Assembly: GCF_009914755.1 (NCBI RefSeq)
Contig: NC_060926.1
Direction: 5' to 3' (one strand)
Length of the DNA: 64,000 bases
Source of the DNA: the human T2T-CHM13v2.0 reference genome, Homo sapiens
The translations under genes were made by a program, and so were the position numbers. This document shows, piece after piece, positions 15,540 to 30,937 of the stretch. Positions within the stretch are counted from its first letter, which is position 1. Every line of letters begins with the position of its first letter. The notes under the pieces were generated by a model. It was not told the DNA's origin. It worked only from the letters and a program-made list of their open reading frames with translations, and made no database searches.

Positions 15540-16620
15540 AACTCAGTATTTAATAACAAATATGTAAAATAAAAATCTCCTCTTTCATTTCTGATATTGA
15601 TAATTTGTCCTTTCTTTTTATTCTGAATCATTCGTTCTAGATGTGTACCTATTTTACAGATTTTTTTCAAAGTGCCAATTTTTGGCTTTATTATTTTCTC
15701 GAATATGCTTTTATTTTCTACTTCATTGATGTCTGGTCTTACCATATTATTTCCATCCTTCTACTCTCCAAGAGTTGTTATTTTCTTCTCTGTTCTTTTA
15801 AAATGGAAACAAAGAAAAGATTGTACTTGACAAGATAAGGAAACAGAAGTTGATTCTGATCATATCACCATGGTATAATTCCGATAATATTGCTGCAAGA
15901 GGGGAGAGAGCACAGCTGAAGCAAAAGGCAGGAGAGTTTTCAGGAGCTGGGCAAGTGAAACTACAGACCATCTGTGTTTGGTAATTGGCTTTACACAAAG
16001 GAAAAGTAAACTTTCTCTAATCTTCTGACAGTAGGAAAGGCACCCTCTGGAGTTAAGCTCCTTTTCTCCCACGGATATTGGGATATAGGGGCCATTTCTT
16101 CTTGATGATTACCTTTCAAAAGGATAGCTCCCAGTACTTGAGGAAGGGTCCTGGGCTGTGAAACTGACAAGAGACTTTTTAACAGATTTAGATCGCAAAG
16201 GTGCAAAGAAATATTTTACAATAAAGAATTTTCTGAAGCAATTATTCTAAGAGGATGGAGGACAAGACTTAGAGTCAAGAAGAAGCCTGTGTAAAGTTGA
16301 GTCAAGCTGAGGGGAAAATTAAGGCACAATTTATTTTCTTCTTTTCTACCAAATGTTTTTAAACTATATTTCTCTAACACTGCTTTAGCTGCAAACCATA
16401 AGTTTTAATGAAATTTATTTAGTTCAAAATGTTCCTAATTTCCATTGTGATTCCTCCTCTGACCCATGGATTGTTTAAAACCAATAATCATACTAATAAT
16501 TTTTGATTGGGATGTTCCAAATATGTCAATTAAGCCAAATTGTTCAAATCCTTTACATTCTACCAACTATCTTCTGCTTGCTCTATCTGTACTAATCACC
16601 CTTTTAATTTAGGAGTTGGC
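15540..16620 (-). mobile_element. Old L1 ORF2 fragment interrupted by an LTR
   Basis: Minus ORF ...KIIKPKIGTLKKICKIGTHLERMIQNKKKGQIINIRNERGD resembles L1 ORF2; acactgctttagctgca motif at 16380. Confidence 0.7.
15810..16330 (-). mobile_element. ERV1 solo LTR (MER31/MER67-like)
   Basis: aaaggatagctcccagtacttgag...ctgggctgtgaaactgacaagag motif. Confidence 0.5.
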
Positions 16621-17912
16621 AAATGCTTAGAGGGGAGATTATAGGCAGATTTTGAAGCTTAGTTCCCTGTAGTTTCCTTCTCTCTGCGATTTTGTTTCTC
16701 AAATTTTTGGCTGCTTGGGAAATGTGAATTTCAACGTCTGTTTAAGTCTAAGCCCCATGTAATAACCACTTTCTACTTGGATTTCATTCCTCTCTTCTAT
16801 TAGTTACATTCATGATCACCATACTTGGACACAATAGGTGGCCAACAAATGTTTTCTTTCCTTTTCAATAATTGTCATTAGCTTGACCTTTCTGAGGCTG
16901 GAAAGTAGACTCCTGCCGTTTAGAAAGATTTTTCTAAGTCTACTTTTTGGCTTAGTAGCCACACCTGGAGAGGAAGCAAACATTCACAGGCCACCAACCA
17001 TGTACCAAAGTGGGAAAATGATGGCTTGACGGGGCACCAGTGAGAGGACACAGAGAGCTACCGATGAATACCTATACTAGAAAATAGTAAGTTCCCTGAA
17101 TTATCTGTTATGTACCCGAGTTGTGTTCAGTAGGACTTTTTGTCGCAAGTAAGAGAAATACATTTTAATAAGCCAGGGGGAGCTTAACAGAGGATTATTC
17201 ATCCAGAAACTGGAAAATCATCTTGGCCCAATGTGGTCCCTGTCTCTTCCTGCCATCTTCTCACTCTACCCATAGTCATCTATCTCTCCCTCTTTGTTAG
17301 TTCAGCTTTCTCGCTCTCCGCAGACTGGCTTTTCTACCTTTTCATACATAAGAGCAAATACAGTCATGTTCAAAAGCCTGCCAACATGACTGCCTGGAAA
17401 ATTCTAGTCCAATTACACACTGTCAGAGTCTAGAAATATAAGCTTGACTGCTGGAGCCCAGGGTCCAGGGTGGGTGTGGAAGAAAAGTGTGGGACTGGGC
17501 GGGAAATGAGCTGCAAGTGCTGTTGCAGATTCACAGTTGGTTTAAGCACTTTAAATAATCAGAACAAAGTTAGTCTCCAATTCCCCTCAGGGAAGCATTC
17601 CAATGATGTCAGCTAAGTTGCATTTTGAACAAATGATTTACAGACCATGTGTCTCCATACACTGTAATGGCATATCATCTGTCTTCATCTGACACTTCTT
17701 TAAAGGGCAACAGGGATGAGACAATTAACTGTTGTGTTGACCTTGTAGAGCTCTAGTCCTCAGCCTCAACTTTGTTATTAATCTTATGTCATACAGACCC
17801 CAGCCCTGTTAAGATACCCACCCTAACCTTGGTCACAGACTAAACTTGTAATGCCTACCATGAGCAAGGGCCCTAAACCTAACCATATACTGAGAGATGG
17901 AAATTGTCAACT

Positions 17913-18627
17913 TATCACAAAATCTATAAATTTGGAAAAGAGAACTTTACTTCTTATGAAGGGCTACAACTTGCAGGCTGGGAAGCACAGCCTCTGGTAG
18001 AGACCGAAAGTAGAAACTTTGAGGGAGGGAGCGTGTCACTGAGTTTTATACTTGGCTGATAAGTTAGATATACATATTTATCAGGTTACAGGAGGGGCTA
18101 GGAATGTTCATGAGGGGAAGTCACAAGCATGTGTGGTAAGCAAACATGTTATGTCACATAGTACCAAGTTCATTTTGGGGTACAGACTTAACATCAAAAT
18201 GTGATAAAATTAGGCTGTATATGTGAAAATGTGAAATGGAGGACGCAGAGATGCCTCACACAACCTCCATGAATCCCTCAGAACCATTCCATGGTTGCTG
18301 GTCACTTACCAGGAAGGAATGTTGATCAGCTGTTGTGTCAAAACCACAAAAGGGGAGGGGATCCGGTCAAGGTGCGAAGCTATTGGTTGAAGTCGGTGGA
18401 AGAGTGAGTTATTCCTTCTTTTTTTTTTCCAGGGCTGGTTTCTGTTTAACTCTTAGAACAAAAAGTCTAATGGCAATTTGGGAGGGAGGGGGTGTAACGA
18501 GGCGTGACTGATTCCCACACCCATCATGGCTAGAAAACGTTGTTGCTAAGGTTTCTCTGGGGTCTCCTTGGCCAAAAGGGGTTTGTTCACTTGGTCAGGG
18601 GAATTAAGATTTCATTTTCATTTCACA
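17913..18627 (-). mobile_element. MER4-group ERV1 solo LTR (MER39/MER49-like)
   Basis: aaggtttctctggggtctccttggccaa...attttcatttcaca terminus typical of MER4-group LTRs. Confidence 0.7.
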
Positions 18628-19600
18628 AAATGCTTTGTGCTGCATATTGTACTCTTACAGCTTAGGCTCAGCTTCAGTGTTCAACACAAAGTAGCCCTGG
18701 AACATGACCTTAACCCTGCATGTTCCTCACTTACATAAATGAGACTCTCATTTGAAAGCAGTTAAACTACATCAGGCCATGATGGTCTGGGTAGACATCA
18801 ACTAACATGGAAAAGTCAAATATTTTTTCGCTCACAGTTAAAATTCTGAAACGCATAACCAAGTGTTGCCTATAGTTCCAGATGGCATTATTCTGAGTTT
18901 AAGCTGAATATTTTTGAGATAGCAAAATATAAGACATGCGAATTATCTAATTTAAAATGTAAAGGCTGATATACATAATCAAATGATGGACGAAATTTTT
19001 CTCTATCTGAAATAAATAATATTTTTAAATTAGTTGATGAATGACAGATGCTGTGCTTTTCTTTGTTCTGTGGGCCCCAAAGGCTTATTTCCCATCCTCC
19101 TCACCCCTTGAATAAAGTAGGTGACAAGAATTGTAGATTTTCTATTAAATTGTAATTGCTTTCAATTTTCAAAAGAGTATTTAAAATATTATATATATAA
19201 AAAGTGAAGAATGATAATTTGAAAAGAGTCATGATACAATTAAAGAAATAGAACTTTAACAGTACACTTGAATTCTGTTTACTCCTACCCAATCACATTC
19301 ATTTCCTCCTCCCTTCAAGTTACTATCCTCTTGAATTTAGCATTTATCATTGCCATGCATTTCTTTATACTTCTACTATGTTACATGTATCCCTAGCAAC
19401 ATTTAGTACTGCTTTGTATAAGTTTACACTATATGTAAATATTATATATTCTTCTGTAACTTGGTATTTTCCTTTTAGCATAATTTTGTGAGATTTATCC
19501 ACATGTATGATATTTTAATTTTTTACTATAATGTATTCATTCTACTTGGGTGGAAATTTCAGTGTTTTTTCCAGTTTCTTGCTAGGTCATGCTCTTTATA

Positions 19601-19945
19601 CAGTCACATGCCTCATAATGTTTTGGTCAACAACAGACCACCTATGTGACTGTGGTCCCATGAGATTATAATACTGTATTTTTACTGTACCTTTTCTATG
19701 TTTAGCTATATTCTGATACACAAATATTTATCATTGTGTAACAGTTACCTACGGTGTTCCGTACAATAACATACTATACAGGTACGTACCCTAGGAACAG
19801 TAGGCTATATCATGTACCCAAAGTATGTAGTAGCCTGTACCACCTAGGTTTGTATAACTACATTCTAGGATGTTCAAATAGTAATGAAATTACCTAACCA
19901 CATTTTTCTTAGAATGTATCCCCAATATTAAGTCATGTATGACTG
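19601..19945 (+). mobile_element. Tigger3a (MER7A)
   Basis: TA|cagtcacatg...tatgactg terminal inverted repeats; ggtcccatgagattataatactgtatttttactgtacc. Confidence 0.88.
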
Positions 19946-20159
19946 AAATTGCTCTTTGCCTTCCATTTTTGACCTCCAATTTCAAATAGGGCATCTCTAG
20001 TAGGCTTTGAGGGAAGCAATTATACAAATGTAGCTTCAAGAAACAAAGATATTTCATTCTAGAAGCAATGTGACTGTATATTAAGCATAAGATATGGTCT
20101 ATAGGTAAACATCTTTGTCTCCATTAAAAGACAATTTATTTATTGATGGAAATTATATT

Positions 20160-20310
20160 CTATACCTCAGTTTCCTCATTTGCCACAAGGGATAATAATG
20201 GTACCTACTTCACAGGGTAGTTTTGAGGATTAAGTGGGTTAATACATGTAAATTGTTACGACATTGCTTTGCACATAGTGCATGCTGTTGCCATTTTTAT
20301 CATTATGATA
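20160..20310 (+). mobile_element. MIR
   Basis: cctcagtttcctcat...gggataataatggtacctacttcacaggg core. Confidence 0.85.
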
Positions 20311-21149
20311 ACTTCATGGGAAATATTTTGCTATTTTTATATGTACTATAGTAACTTTATGAGTATTGTTTTATATATCAGGTAGCCTGTTCTTCCTGCT
20401 GGATTTGGATGTTATGTATTCGGAGGCATGAACGTAAATTGTTTGTGAAAATTTCCATCCTTCATAAGCTTAATTTCAAAAGATAGCCTGTCATCTCTAG
20501 TGTTTATTCAGCTGATATTTCTAAGCACAGCTGTAAGAATACTGAGAGGGTTTTTGAGCTGCTGTGAATAAAACTGTTGGTGGAGGGCAAGCTAGAGTTG
20601 TTAAAAGAGGTGACATGTGAGTATACAGCAGGGTCTTTCAAGGGATTGCAAGAAGGTGCATCTACCAAGGCCTTCAACTCTTAAGGAGTCAGTTGACTGG
20701 AAGAGACTTGGGAATGTCCACTTATATCATTCCATTTCAGACTACCTTAGATTAATATGGGTTTTGCTGGTTCCTGAGGACCCAGATCCAAAGGGCCTAA
20801 CCCAGGCTATTGGTCTTTCTCTGGCAAGACACACCCAATTCCCTAAATGCAGTGGAGGTCAGCAAATAGGTTTCAGGACACTTTATTAAAAATGTTTAGT
20901 TCCCAGAGCAAACTTGTAGCCACAGTAATATGATGCTAGTGGCTTCTCTGTAGTTCATTGCTAACCACCAGGGCAGATGCCCAAACTGCCAGGTCAGTCA
21001 GTCTCAAGATGTGGCAAAGGTAAAACTCCTTGCCCTGTGTATATGTGAGCTCCATCTCCTTCAGCTGTCACTGGATCCCTGGGCTGCCTCTACTTTCCAC
21101 CTTCAGAGAAATTTGAGTGGTTCACAAAAATGTCTAATTTACTTATAAA

Positions 21150-21890
21150 AGCACAATCATTTCAGAGACACCAGAGGATTATGTTTGGCAGTGGAATCTG
21201 AAATGTTGCTTTTTTCTTTCACTGTTTCTCAGAGAAAATTGTTCTTTTTCTGCAACTTAATAACCTCAAGCAATACTTCGTGAAAGCTCTCTTTGTTCTT
21301 TTGGATTTTCCAAGCCCTGCCTGGGGAATAAGGCTCACATCGCCATTTGGAATTGCCACCACTGAGAAGGAACTGTGAATTGGCATGCATTAGTATTCAG
21401 GTGCTTTCTTTGAAACATTCACAGTGTTCTTCCGAGGAATTTTTAATGCCACAGTGATCCCATCTCTGCGTGACTATTGCTTTCTTACCAATATGCCTCT
21501 AGACCTTCTGTTCTTTCTATTTCAGGAGATAGCCAGTTGCTAAGCCTCTTTCACATCATGGCAGCAATGAATCCTTAGTTAATTGCTCCCTCTACTACCT
21601 CAGAAATAGCACCAAATGCAGAAATGGGACCCTTTTCAGAATATTTCATCAGGAACTCAAACCTCATAAAAGAGACTTCCCTTCTTCCTTCTGGGTAGCA
21701 GCAACATATCATTCCTGTGGGGTGTCCTTTCTCACTGCACTGAATCATTAAATCTGATTTTGTCCAACCTAAAGCTTGTCTCTGGTAGTCTTTAGCTGAT
21801 TAGGCTTTAACAGCAAGATCGCTTTTACAACCACACCCTCCCACCAGATCATCCTGACCAGTCTCAGTTTAGTCCTACTAACCAAAAGAA
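21150..21890 (-). pseudogene. Decayed B7/butyrophilin-like IgV remnant, split by an LTR
   Basis: GLEAYW* then VSKKAPEY*CMPIHSSFSVVAIPNGDVSLIPQ...YCLR; one stop in about 80 codons. Confidence 0.45.
21505..21812 (+). mobile_element. Old ERV-type LTR fragment (unassigned)
   Basis: cataaaag TATA-like, attaaa poly(A)-like signal, ggtagtctt...taaca end. Confidence 0.35.
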
Positions 21891-22271
21891 ATGTATTTGC
21901 TGCCTGCTTCAGACCAGGAAACCAACCCTGTTGTACTCACAGAATCAGAAGAATGAAAATCAGACATTATAATGCCAGCAGGCCTCTGCAGTGCTTTCAC
22001 AGCCCAGGGACCTTAATACATTTATCCCTTCCATCCACTACTTCTGACACACATACCTGAGTGAGACACAGAGGGATGTGTCATATCATCTGAAAAAGGA
22101 GCAAGTTTTATCATCTCAGAATCCTCCTCACACAAAGCAAGGCCCGGCATAGGGAGCTGAATCAATACATATCACTGAATGAAAGTTCTAGACCTTCAAA
22201 TATAAAAGGTAAATAAGAAATTAGGGGGCAGAGGTGCAGAGGTAGGGTGGAAAGTAGGGGGATGAACTCAG

Positions 22272-22569
22272 TTTTTTGTTTGTTTGTTTTATGAGATGGA
22301 GTCTCGATCTGTCACCCAGGCTGGAGTGCAGTGATGCGATCTCGGCTCAATGCAATCTCCGCCTCCCAGGTACAAGCGATTCTCCTGCCTCAGCCTCCTG
22401 AGTAGCTGGGATTACAGGCACGAGCCCCCATGCCCAGCTGTTTGTCTTTTTAGTAGAGACGGGGTTTCACCATGTTGGCCAGGCAGGTCACGAACTCCTG
22501 ACCTCGTGATCCACCCGCCTCGGCCTCCCAAAGTGCTGGGATTATAGGCATAAGCCACCGCACCCAGCC
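22272..22569 (-). mobile_element. AluSg-like
   Basis: aactcctgacctcgtgatcc; TSD TGAA(C/G)TCAGTTTT. Confidence 0.92.
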
Positions 22570-23498
22570 TGAAGTCAGTTTTAAGTATCTAGAGTTTGAA
22601 ATGCATTTCTCTTAGGCCTTTTTAACTGATATGTTAGAATTAGTGGTGCTCAAATATTCTCCTGCCAAGTAGTGATTTTTTACTTCCTCACTCACCCCAA
22701 CCTGCCATTGAAAAAAATCAATTTTGCTCATTTGCAAGTCATATTGAGATCTCTTTTACCCATATAAATCAGTGTTGTTTTAACTTCTCCTTCAAACCAG
22801 TTACAACTTCTGCCTAGTTCCCTCCTATCATGTGAATCAAATAAAATATTTATTATGTGTTCAATCAGTATGAGAGTCTGATTTTACCTTTTTCTTAAAA
22901 TTATCTTTGAACAGTATCTATTTTGTACAATTGCCCAGGGGTACCTTATACTTAATAATTATTCTGGTTCCGTCCATGAATAAAGCATTGAATAACATTA
23001 AGACCTTTGTAGAGGTTTCTCTAAAATATTTCAAAATGTTCTGCTTTATACACCAACTTACTTCACTTCTCTGCAAAGCAAATTTGTTGCACTGTGGGGA
23101 AGTTGAAATTGTGCTATCTCAGGGAAGACTTGCAAAGTTTTCTTGTTGAGGTTGCTTAGGGTCAAAAATGTGTGTGATCAGCTGTTTTGTTTTGCAGGAT
23201 TATTGTTTAGGGATGCATGCTTCTTTATCTCTTCTCAGCATCTCTCATGGTTCTGATTTATATTTGTAGAGCAAGAGAATGAAATGGTACCATCAGCATC
23301 CCTCTTTTTCAGATTCTTTCTCATATCCTTGCAAGACTTGCCTCCTTTTCTCTGGATCTGTTTTTCTCATTCCCCTGTGATACCAGCCCTTAGGAAAAAC
23401 TTTTGTGATCATTTCTTCAATGCTTGAAACATGCAAAGTGCTGAAAATTACAATATTATCTCTTTTTCCTGTGCTCTCAAATCCAGAGATATGCACTA

Positions 23499-23916
23499 TG
23501 TGGAAATAAATAAAGAGCACCCGAATTAGAACAAACAGAGACTATTTATTCAGAGCTTGCTATAGCAAGAAAGTCAGCCACCATCACTTGAATTTGGCAG
23601 AGACTCAAAGGCATGAAGGAAAAGCTTTAGAGTGAACAAAAGTGGTAAGGGGAAGCTGGAGGGAGCTAACAAAAGGTGTAGCATCTTATGTGATTAGTTT
23701 GAAGAGTATTTGGCTTTCCCTGGTTGGACCTCAATTGGAAACTGGGGCAAAATATAGAAGCTGCCAGTCATTGACCAAGTCCTAACTTCTCTGGGCCAAT
23801 TGCTACAGAGGTTGTCATTTGGTTTTCAGTGCTTGTTGCTGCTGAGGTTGTGGGTCAGAGTTCTACCATAATGTATGGTGTGTCCATTGTCCATTTGTAT
23901 ATTCAATCTGCCTAGC
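23499..23916 (-). mobile_element. LTR37-type ERV1 solo LTR
   Basis: tatttattcagagcttgctatagcaag.aagtcagccaccatcac motif. Confidence 0.7.
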
Positions 23917-24091
23917 ATATTTTTATAATGTTAAATGATAACTATAACTCTAAAGAGATGCAAAGGAACAGGCTATTTGAAATCCTTGAGAAATTTGAGT
24001 TTCATCCCGTTTTATGTTACTATTAATTTTTCTTGATCATCCATGCATCCATGATTACCTAGCCTCTGTGCCGTGGGTTTTACTTATGTGA

Positions 24092-24409
<318 letters not shown>

Positions 24410-25146
24410 ATCAGGTACATTTTTATCTTCTTTTCATACACATGGAGACTGGGATTCAGATATGTTAACAAACCTGATGTAAACTACACAGCTAAGAAAA
24501 TGAGGGTACAAAAATGTTCATACAAATCTTAGATCCATTTTCTAGAAAACGATGTAGAAGGATATACACCAAATTTTTAACCATGATAACCTAAATCTTA
24601 CTAACTTGAGAAAGGTAAAAATACATTTTCCTTTGTGCATTTTTTAATATTTGGTGAAAATAAGCATGGATTGGTTTTATAATAAAAAGAAAATTAATCT
24701 AAATAAACAACAAAACAACATGAAGTTGTATTTTCTCTAGACACTATATTAACTTCCCTCTGGGAATCTAATTCAAAAGCTATTTCATAAATGAAAATCA
24801 CAAAGAAAATTTATCCCAGATAATAAACCAGCATTAGTTATTTGAAGAGTGACTCTCTCTGAGGAAGTTTACACAGTAGAATATTAATTGCAGGTAACAA
24901 ACCAAAAGGAGCAAAAGAATTGTATATTCTTAAGAGATATTCCCATCAAGTATAGGATTTTAATAAATAATAATTCTACCATATAGCTCTTTTGCTTTTT
25001 GGTTAACTGATGCTACTCATTGATCAATTTATCAAATATTACTTGAGCTACTAATGTCTTAGGCATAGTGTTGGTACCTGAGAATAAAAATAAACAAGCA
25101 AGTAAACAAACCAACTATTCATTTTATAAATTTATAGTTTTCCGGC

Positions 25147-25570
25147 TGTTAAAATACAATTTTAAGAAAAAAGCAAAATCATGGCTTACAGAGATATAAA
25201 AAGATTAATGTGTTTAAGATTTTTATTTAACTTATTCATGAGGAAACTGGTAAGATGTTACAATCAGTGCAAAGGTGAGTGTAAAGAACAGACACATTTT
25301 TGTTTCATTAACATTGCAATGAGTATACAAATGGAAGCAAACTGACTTTCTCAGAAATAAAATCTGCCAATATACAGAATTCACATGGCTGTCTATAGAT
25401 GAGAATTATTCTGCATCATTATCAGTTATCTACAATTTACAAAGTTGTAAAATAGCTCCCATAGAATCAGAATCAGATAACCAGGAACGGAATGCAAAGT
25501 TTTCCACTGAAGCAAAAATTTTTCCCTACGGGGCAAAGAGAGGCTATAACATGTGTGGCAGACATTGTTA
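25147..25570 (-). mobile_element. ERV1 solo LTR (MER65/MER72-like)
   Basis: aagatttttatttaacttattcatgaggaaactggtaagatgttacaa; related copy at 29588-30090. Confidence 0.45.
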
Positions 25571-25964
25571 ACTGTGTGCTCTGTGTTCTTTCCTGCACCA
25601 CCCCTCTCTACTAATAGAATCTTTGCTTGTTTAGGTAAATGCAAAGTTCCCTATTCTTGTCCCCACAAATAAAACAATGATAACCCAACATTGATATAGT
25701 CAGTAATTGGTTCAGGATAAGCTTCAATTTTGCCCAAAAAAGAAAAGTGTTTTGTTGTTGTTGTTGTTATTGTGGTTGTTTTTAATGTAAGACTTCTAGG
25801 AAAGCATTTGTTTTCCTTATTAAAAAAACAGTAATTAACAACTGATATAGCCCTTTTTTGGTTCTTTTCTCCCTTTTTTATCTCGAATATAGTGTAGTTA
25901 CTAGAATTCAGCAGTCATTTTGTGGCGTTGGACTGACCAGCACAAAAACTATATGAATAATAGT

Positions 25965-26438
25965 TGCACTAGTCAGTTTGTGCTTCTCTAACAAAATACC
26001 ATAGACTAGGTGACTTAAACAACAGAGATTTACTTCTCACAGTTCTGGAGTCTGGGTAGTCCAAGATCAAGGTGCCAGCTGATTCAGTTTTTGGTGAGGG
26101 TCCTGTTCCTGGCTTATAGAACTTAGACTCCTAAATTCAAGTGATCCTCCCATCTCAGCCTCCTGAGTAGCTGGGACTACAGATGGTTGCACAATTTTTA
26201 GTTGTTCTTAAAAGAAAGATTGTGTGATGTACCATAACGGAAATCTAATTCCCTTTTCTCTGTAACCTAAATTTCATCTACCTTGATATCAACACATCTT
26301 CAATGCTTCTGCCACCACTTTCTTTAATTTTATGCAAGAATAGTTCAATTGAGACGTAGAGAATGAGACAGAGAGAGAGAGAGAGAGAGACCACTCTCTA
26401 GTCTTTTCTCATGGCAGTACTAATCCCATCATGAAGGT
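25965..26438 (-). mobile_element. MLT1A0 LTR, truncated, with a foreign ~230-bp insert
   Basis: aacaaaataccatagactagg...ctcacagttctggag...caagatcaaggtgccagc; resumes actaatcccatcatga. Confidence 0.8.
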
Positions 26439-28115
<1,677 letters not shown>

Positions 28116-28617
28116 TGTGAACCCCAAATATATGAGATGGGTCTCAGTCAATTTATAGTGTTTATTTTGCCAATGTTAAGGATATGCCCATGACATAGCC
28201 TCAGGAAATCCTGAGACATGTACCCAAGGTGATCAGGGGTACAGTTTGCTTTTATACGTTTTAGGGAGACATGAGACATCATTCCATATGTGTGAGATGT
28301 ACACTAGTTCAGTCCGGTAATATGGGACAACTTGAAGTGGGAGCTTCCAGATTAGAAGTAGATAAGAGACAAATGATTGTAATCTTTTGAGTCCTTGATC
28401 AGCCTCCATTGAATACACAATTTACTCCAGCTCAGTGAATCTGCATTTTTACATAAATGATTAGCAGAGGAAGCAATGACACATGCATTTGTCTCAGGTA
28501 AGCCTCAGAGGGATGACTGAATAGAATGGGAAGCAGGTTTACCTTAAACAGTTCCCAGCTTGATTTTCTTCTTTAGCTTGGTGATTTTGGAGTCTCAAGA
28601 TTTATTTTCCTTTCACA
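28116..28617 (-). mobile_element. MER4A LTR (5' LTR)
   Basis: tgtgaaccccaaat...ggtctcagtcaattta...tttattttcctttcaca. Confidence 0.85.
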
Positions 28618-28660
28618 GTACTCTCAGTCAGATTTCAAAAAAGATAATTTCCACACACTT

Positions 28661-28822
28661 GTTTTTTTTTTATTTTTTATTTTTTTTATTTTTTTGAGAC
28701 AGGGTCTCACTCTGTCACCCAGGCTGAACTGAAGTGGTGCAATCACAGCTCACTGCAGCCTTGGATTCTTGAGTTCAAGTGATCCTTCCACCTCAGCCTC
28801 CCAAACATCTGGAACTACAGGC
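28661..28822 (-). mobile_element. Alu monomer (FRAM / AluJ right arm)
   Basis: Poly-T then gagacagggtctcactctgtcacccagg...cagctcactgcagcc. Confidence 0.85.
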
Positions 28823-29109
28823 AGTTGCAGATTTTAGTTGTTCTTAGAAGAAAGATTGCGTGAATGCACCATATCAGAAACCTAACTCCGTTTCCCCTGT
28901 AACCTAAATTTCAGCTCCCTTGGTATCAACACATCTTCAATGCTTCTGTCACCATTTTCTTTAATCCTATGAGAGAATAGCTCAATATTACATCCCTTGT
29001 ACTAGGTGAAGTTCCCTCAATGTTTCCATACATTTTGGGGGTGGAAGGGCTTATGGTTCTACGTTTCTTTGTTTGTTTGTTTGTTTGTTTGTTTGTTTGT
29101 TTTGTCTTT

Positions 29110-29360
29110 ACTACAGTCTGCATCTCTCTCCCACAAGCCCAGCCATTGTTCTCACATGGCTCTAGCCATGAAAGATAGCATCTCCATATTTCATCCCCAA
29201 AAGGGTCACAAATTCAAAGCTGTGGGTGCAGTTGCTTTTAACAAAGCTTTGAGGTGAAAGAAGAGGGTCCTGAAGCATAGTAAACAGAGATCAATGTAGT
29301 TTACCAGTAGATCCGAATGGATTTAAAGTTCTTTAACTCCTTTCTTCCATGTAGAATTTC
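29110..29360 (-). pseudogene. Candidate decayed FN3-like segment
   Basis: KELKNFKSIRIYW*; HSFEFVTLLGMKY; SFMARAM / VRTMAGL in adjacent frames. Confidence 0.35.
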
Positions 29361-29587
29361 TCAGTTGACAGCTTATCTTTCTTCCCTGCCATTTTCCTCA
29401 CTACTACTCTCTTCTCTCGCCTTCCCTGCCACCTCCATCATCTCTCATTTCTTCCCCATCCCCACAGGTAGCCAAGTTGTTGGGACTCTCCTATTGCTTC
29501 CCACAGCTCTGGGGTTGCATGTTTTCTCCTCTTTGAAAGTTGGCAGTCCCCAAATCTCCAAAATCCTGTTCATTTCTAATGAAGAAC

Positions 29588-30090
29588 TGTTTAAATCTCA
29601 CTCCAGTTATTATTTTAAACTAAGCGCAGATCCAAATTCATTAGAAAATAATATTCAGAAAATGGTAAAATCATGACTCATATAAATGAAACATATGTTA
29701 AAGATTTTATTTAACTCATATAAAGGAACTAGTTCAAAGTAAATGTCAAAAAGCACAAACATATAGAGTCAAGAAATCGAATTACAAATGGAGGGAAAAA
29801 GACTTTTCCCACAGTGGGGAGGGAAGCCAATGGAAATGCTGCTGGATAAGACACAGTTTGCATATCCATCAGTTACCTGCATTTGAAAAACAGGTGCAAA
29901 ATAGCTCAAAGACAATGAACAGGCTCTGGAACCCACTGCCCAGAAGCATGTATGATAGACAATGCATAGTTTTTAAATCAAATGCAAAAATGTTTTTTGC
30001 ACATAACATATCCAAAAATTCTTCAGGGACAAGAACGAAAGGTTATCAAGTCTTCAGGGCCGCCTTTTCTTTGTCAAAGCATTAACCACT
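29588..30090 (-). mobile_element. ERV1 solo LTR (MER65/MER72-like)
   Basis: tgttaaagattttatttaactcat motif shared with the 25.2 kb copy. Confidence 0.45.
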
Positions 30091-30109
30091 GCTCTTAAAT
30101 TATACTTTT

Positions 30110-30400
30110 GCCTTCATTAACTAGGAGGCAGTATCTGAGCATCAAAGGATAGCAGTTGATGCTTTTAGACTACTTTTTTCCAATGAAGGCCCAAAGGTGT
30201 CATTTGTTCTTCCCTGTCTCATCTGAATTGTATAAAATATGCCAGCTGTTGCTTCCCATGGTCACCTGAGGTAGAAGTGGCTGTCACCTCTGCTGACATC
30301 CTTAGCTATAGTGTCTTTCATCCTCTGTGACTCATCTCAACCCATTAAATGTAGGAACAGATGATATTAATAGCCAAGGGTTAAGACATTTAATTTCTTC
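30110..30400 (-). pseudogene. Candidate decayed FN3-like segment
   Basis: Acceptor-like ccttaatag|; frame ends ATAGIFYTIQMRQGRTNDTFGPSLE, resembling FN3 PGTxYxIQVxAxTxxGxGP. Confidence 0.3.
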
Positions 30401-30937
30401 CCTATTAAGGAAATGCTTCAGCATTTAAAGTAATAATAATGGGATTGCAGAATATCAGAGCCATAAGGTGCCTTTGAAATTATCTAGTTCAATATTGTAC
30501 TTTCCAAATGAGGACACAGAGGTCCCAGAGGGGAAGTGGCCTGTCAACCAAAGTCACACTGAAGGCTGGTGGCACAACAGAAGCTGCAGCTCAGGAATGC
30601 CACGCTGACCTGCCATTTATTTTGCCTTTTGGCAGCTCTTTCTTCATCGGACACCTATTTCTTTTGTTATGCTCTGGCAAGTCTTTCCTGTCCCTCTTTG
30701 CAGATATTTATTTTTTTCTACTCCTAATGTTCCCAGTGCTTAATTTTTTATGGATTTGTGTGCCAATTTCTAGTTATATAAGGAACTGATCACGAATGAA
30801 GCTCTTTATACTACCAGCAATTATTCTATTTTGGATATAAGACTCTGTAAAATCTCATTAAAGAAATGAATTTCCCATGATGAAATGAGTCTTTGAGGAG
30901 ATTTTAAAATATGTCCATAATTCTCTGACATTCCAGT

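Noticed and set aside
17780-17890. Scattered CCCTAA-like words as an interstitial telomere
   Set aside because: Too few and non-periodic.
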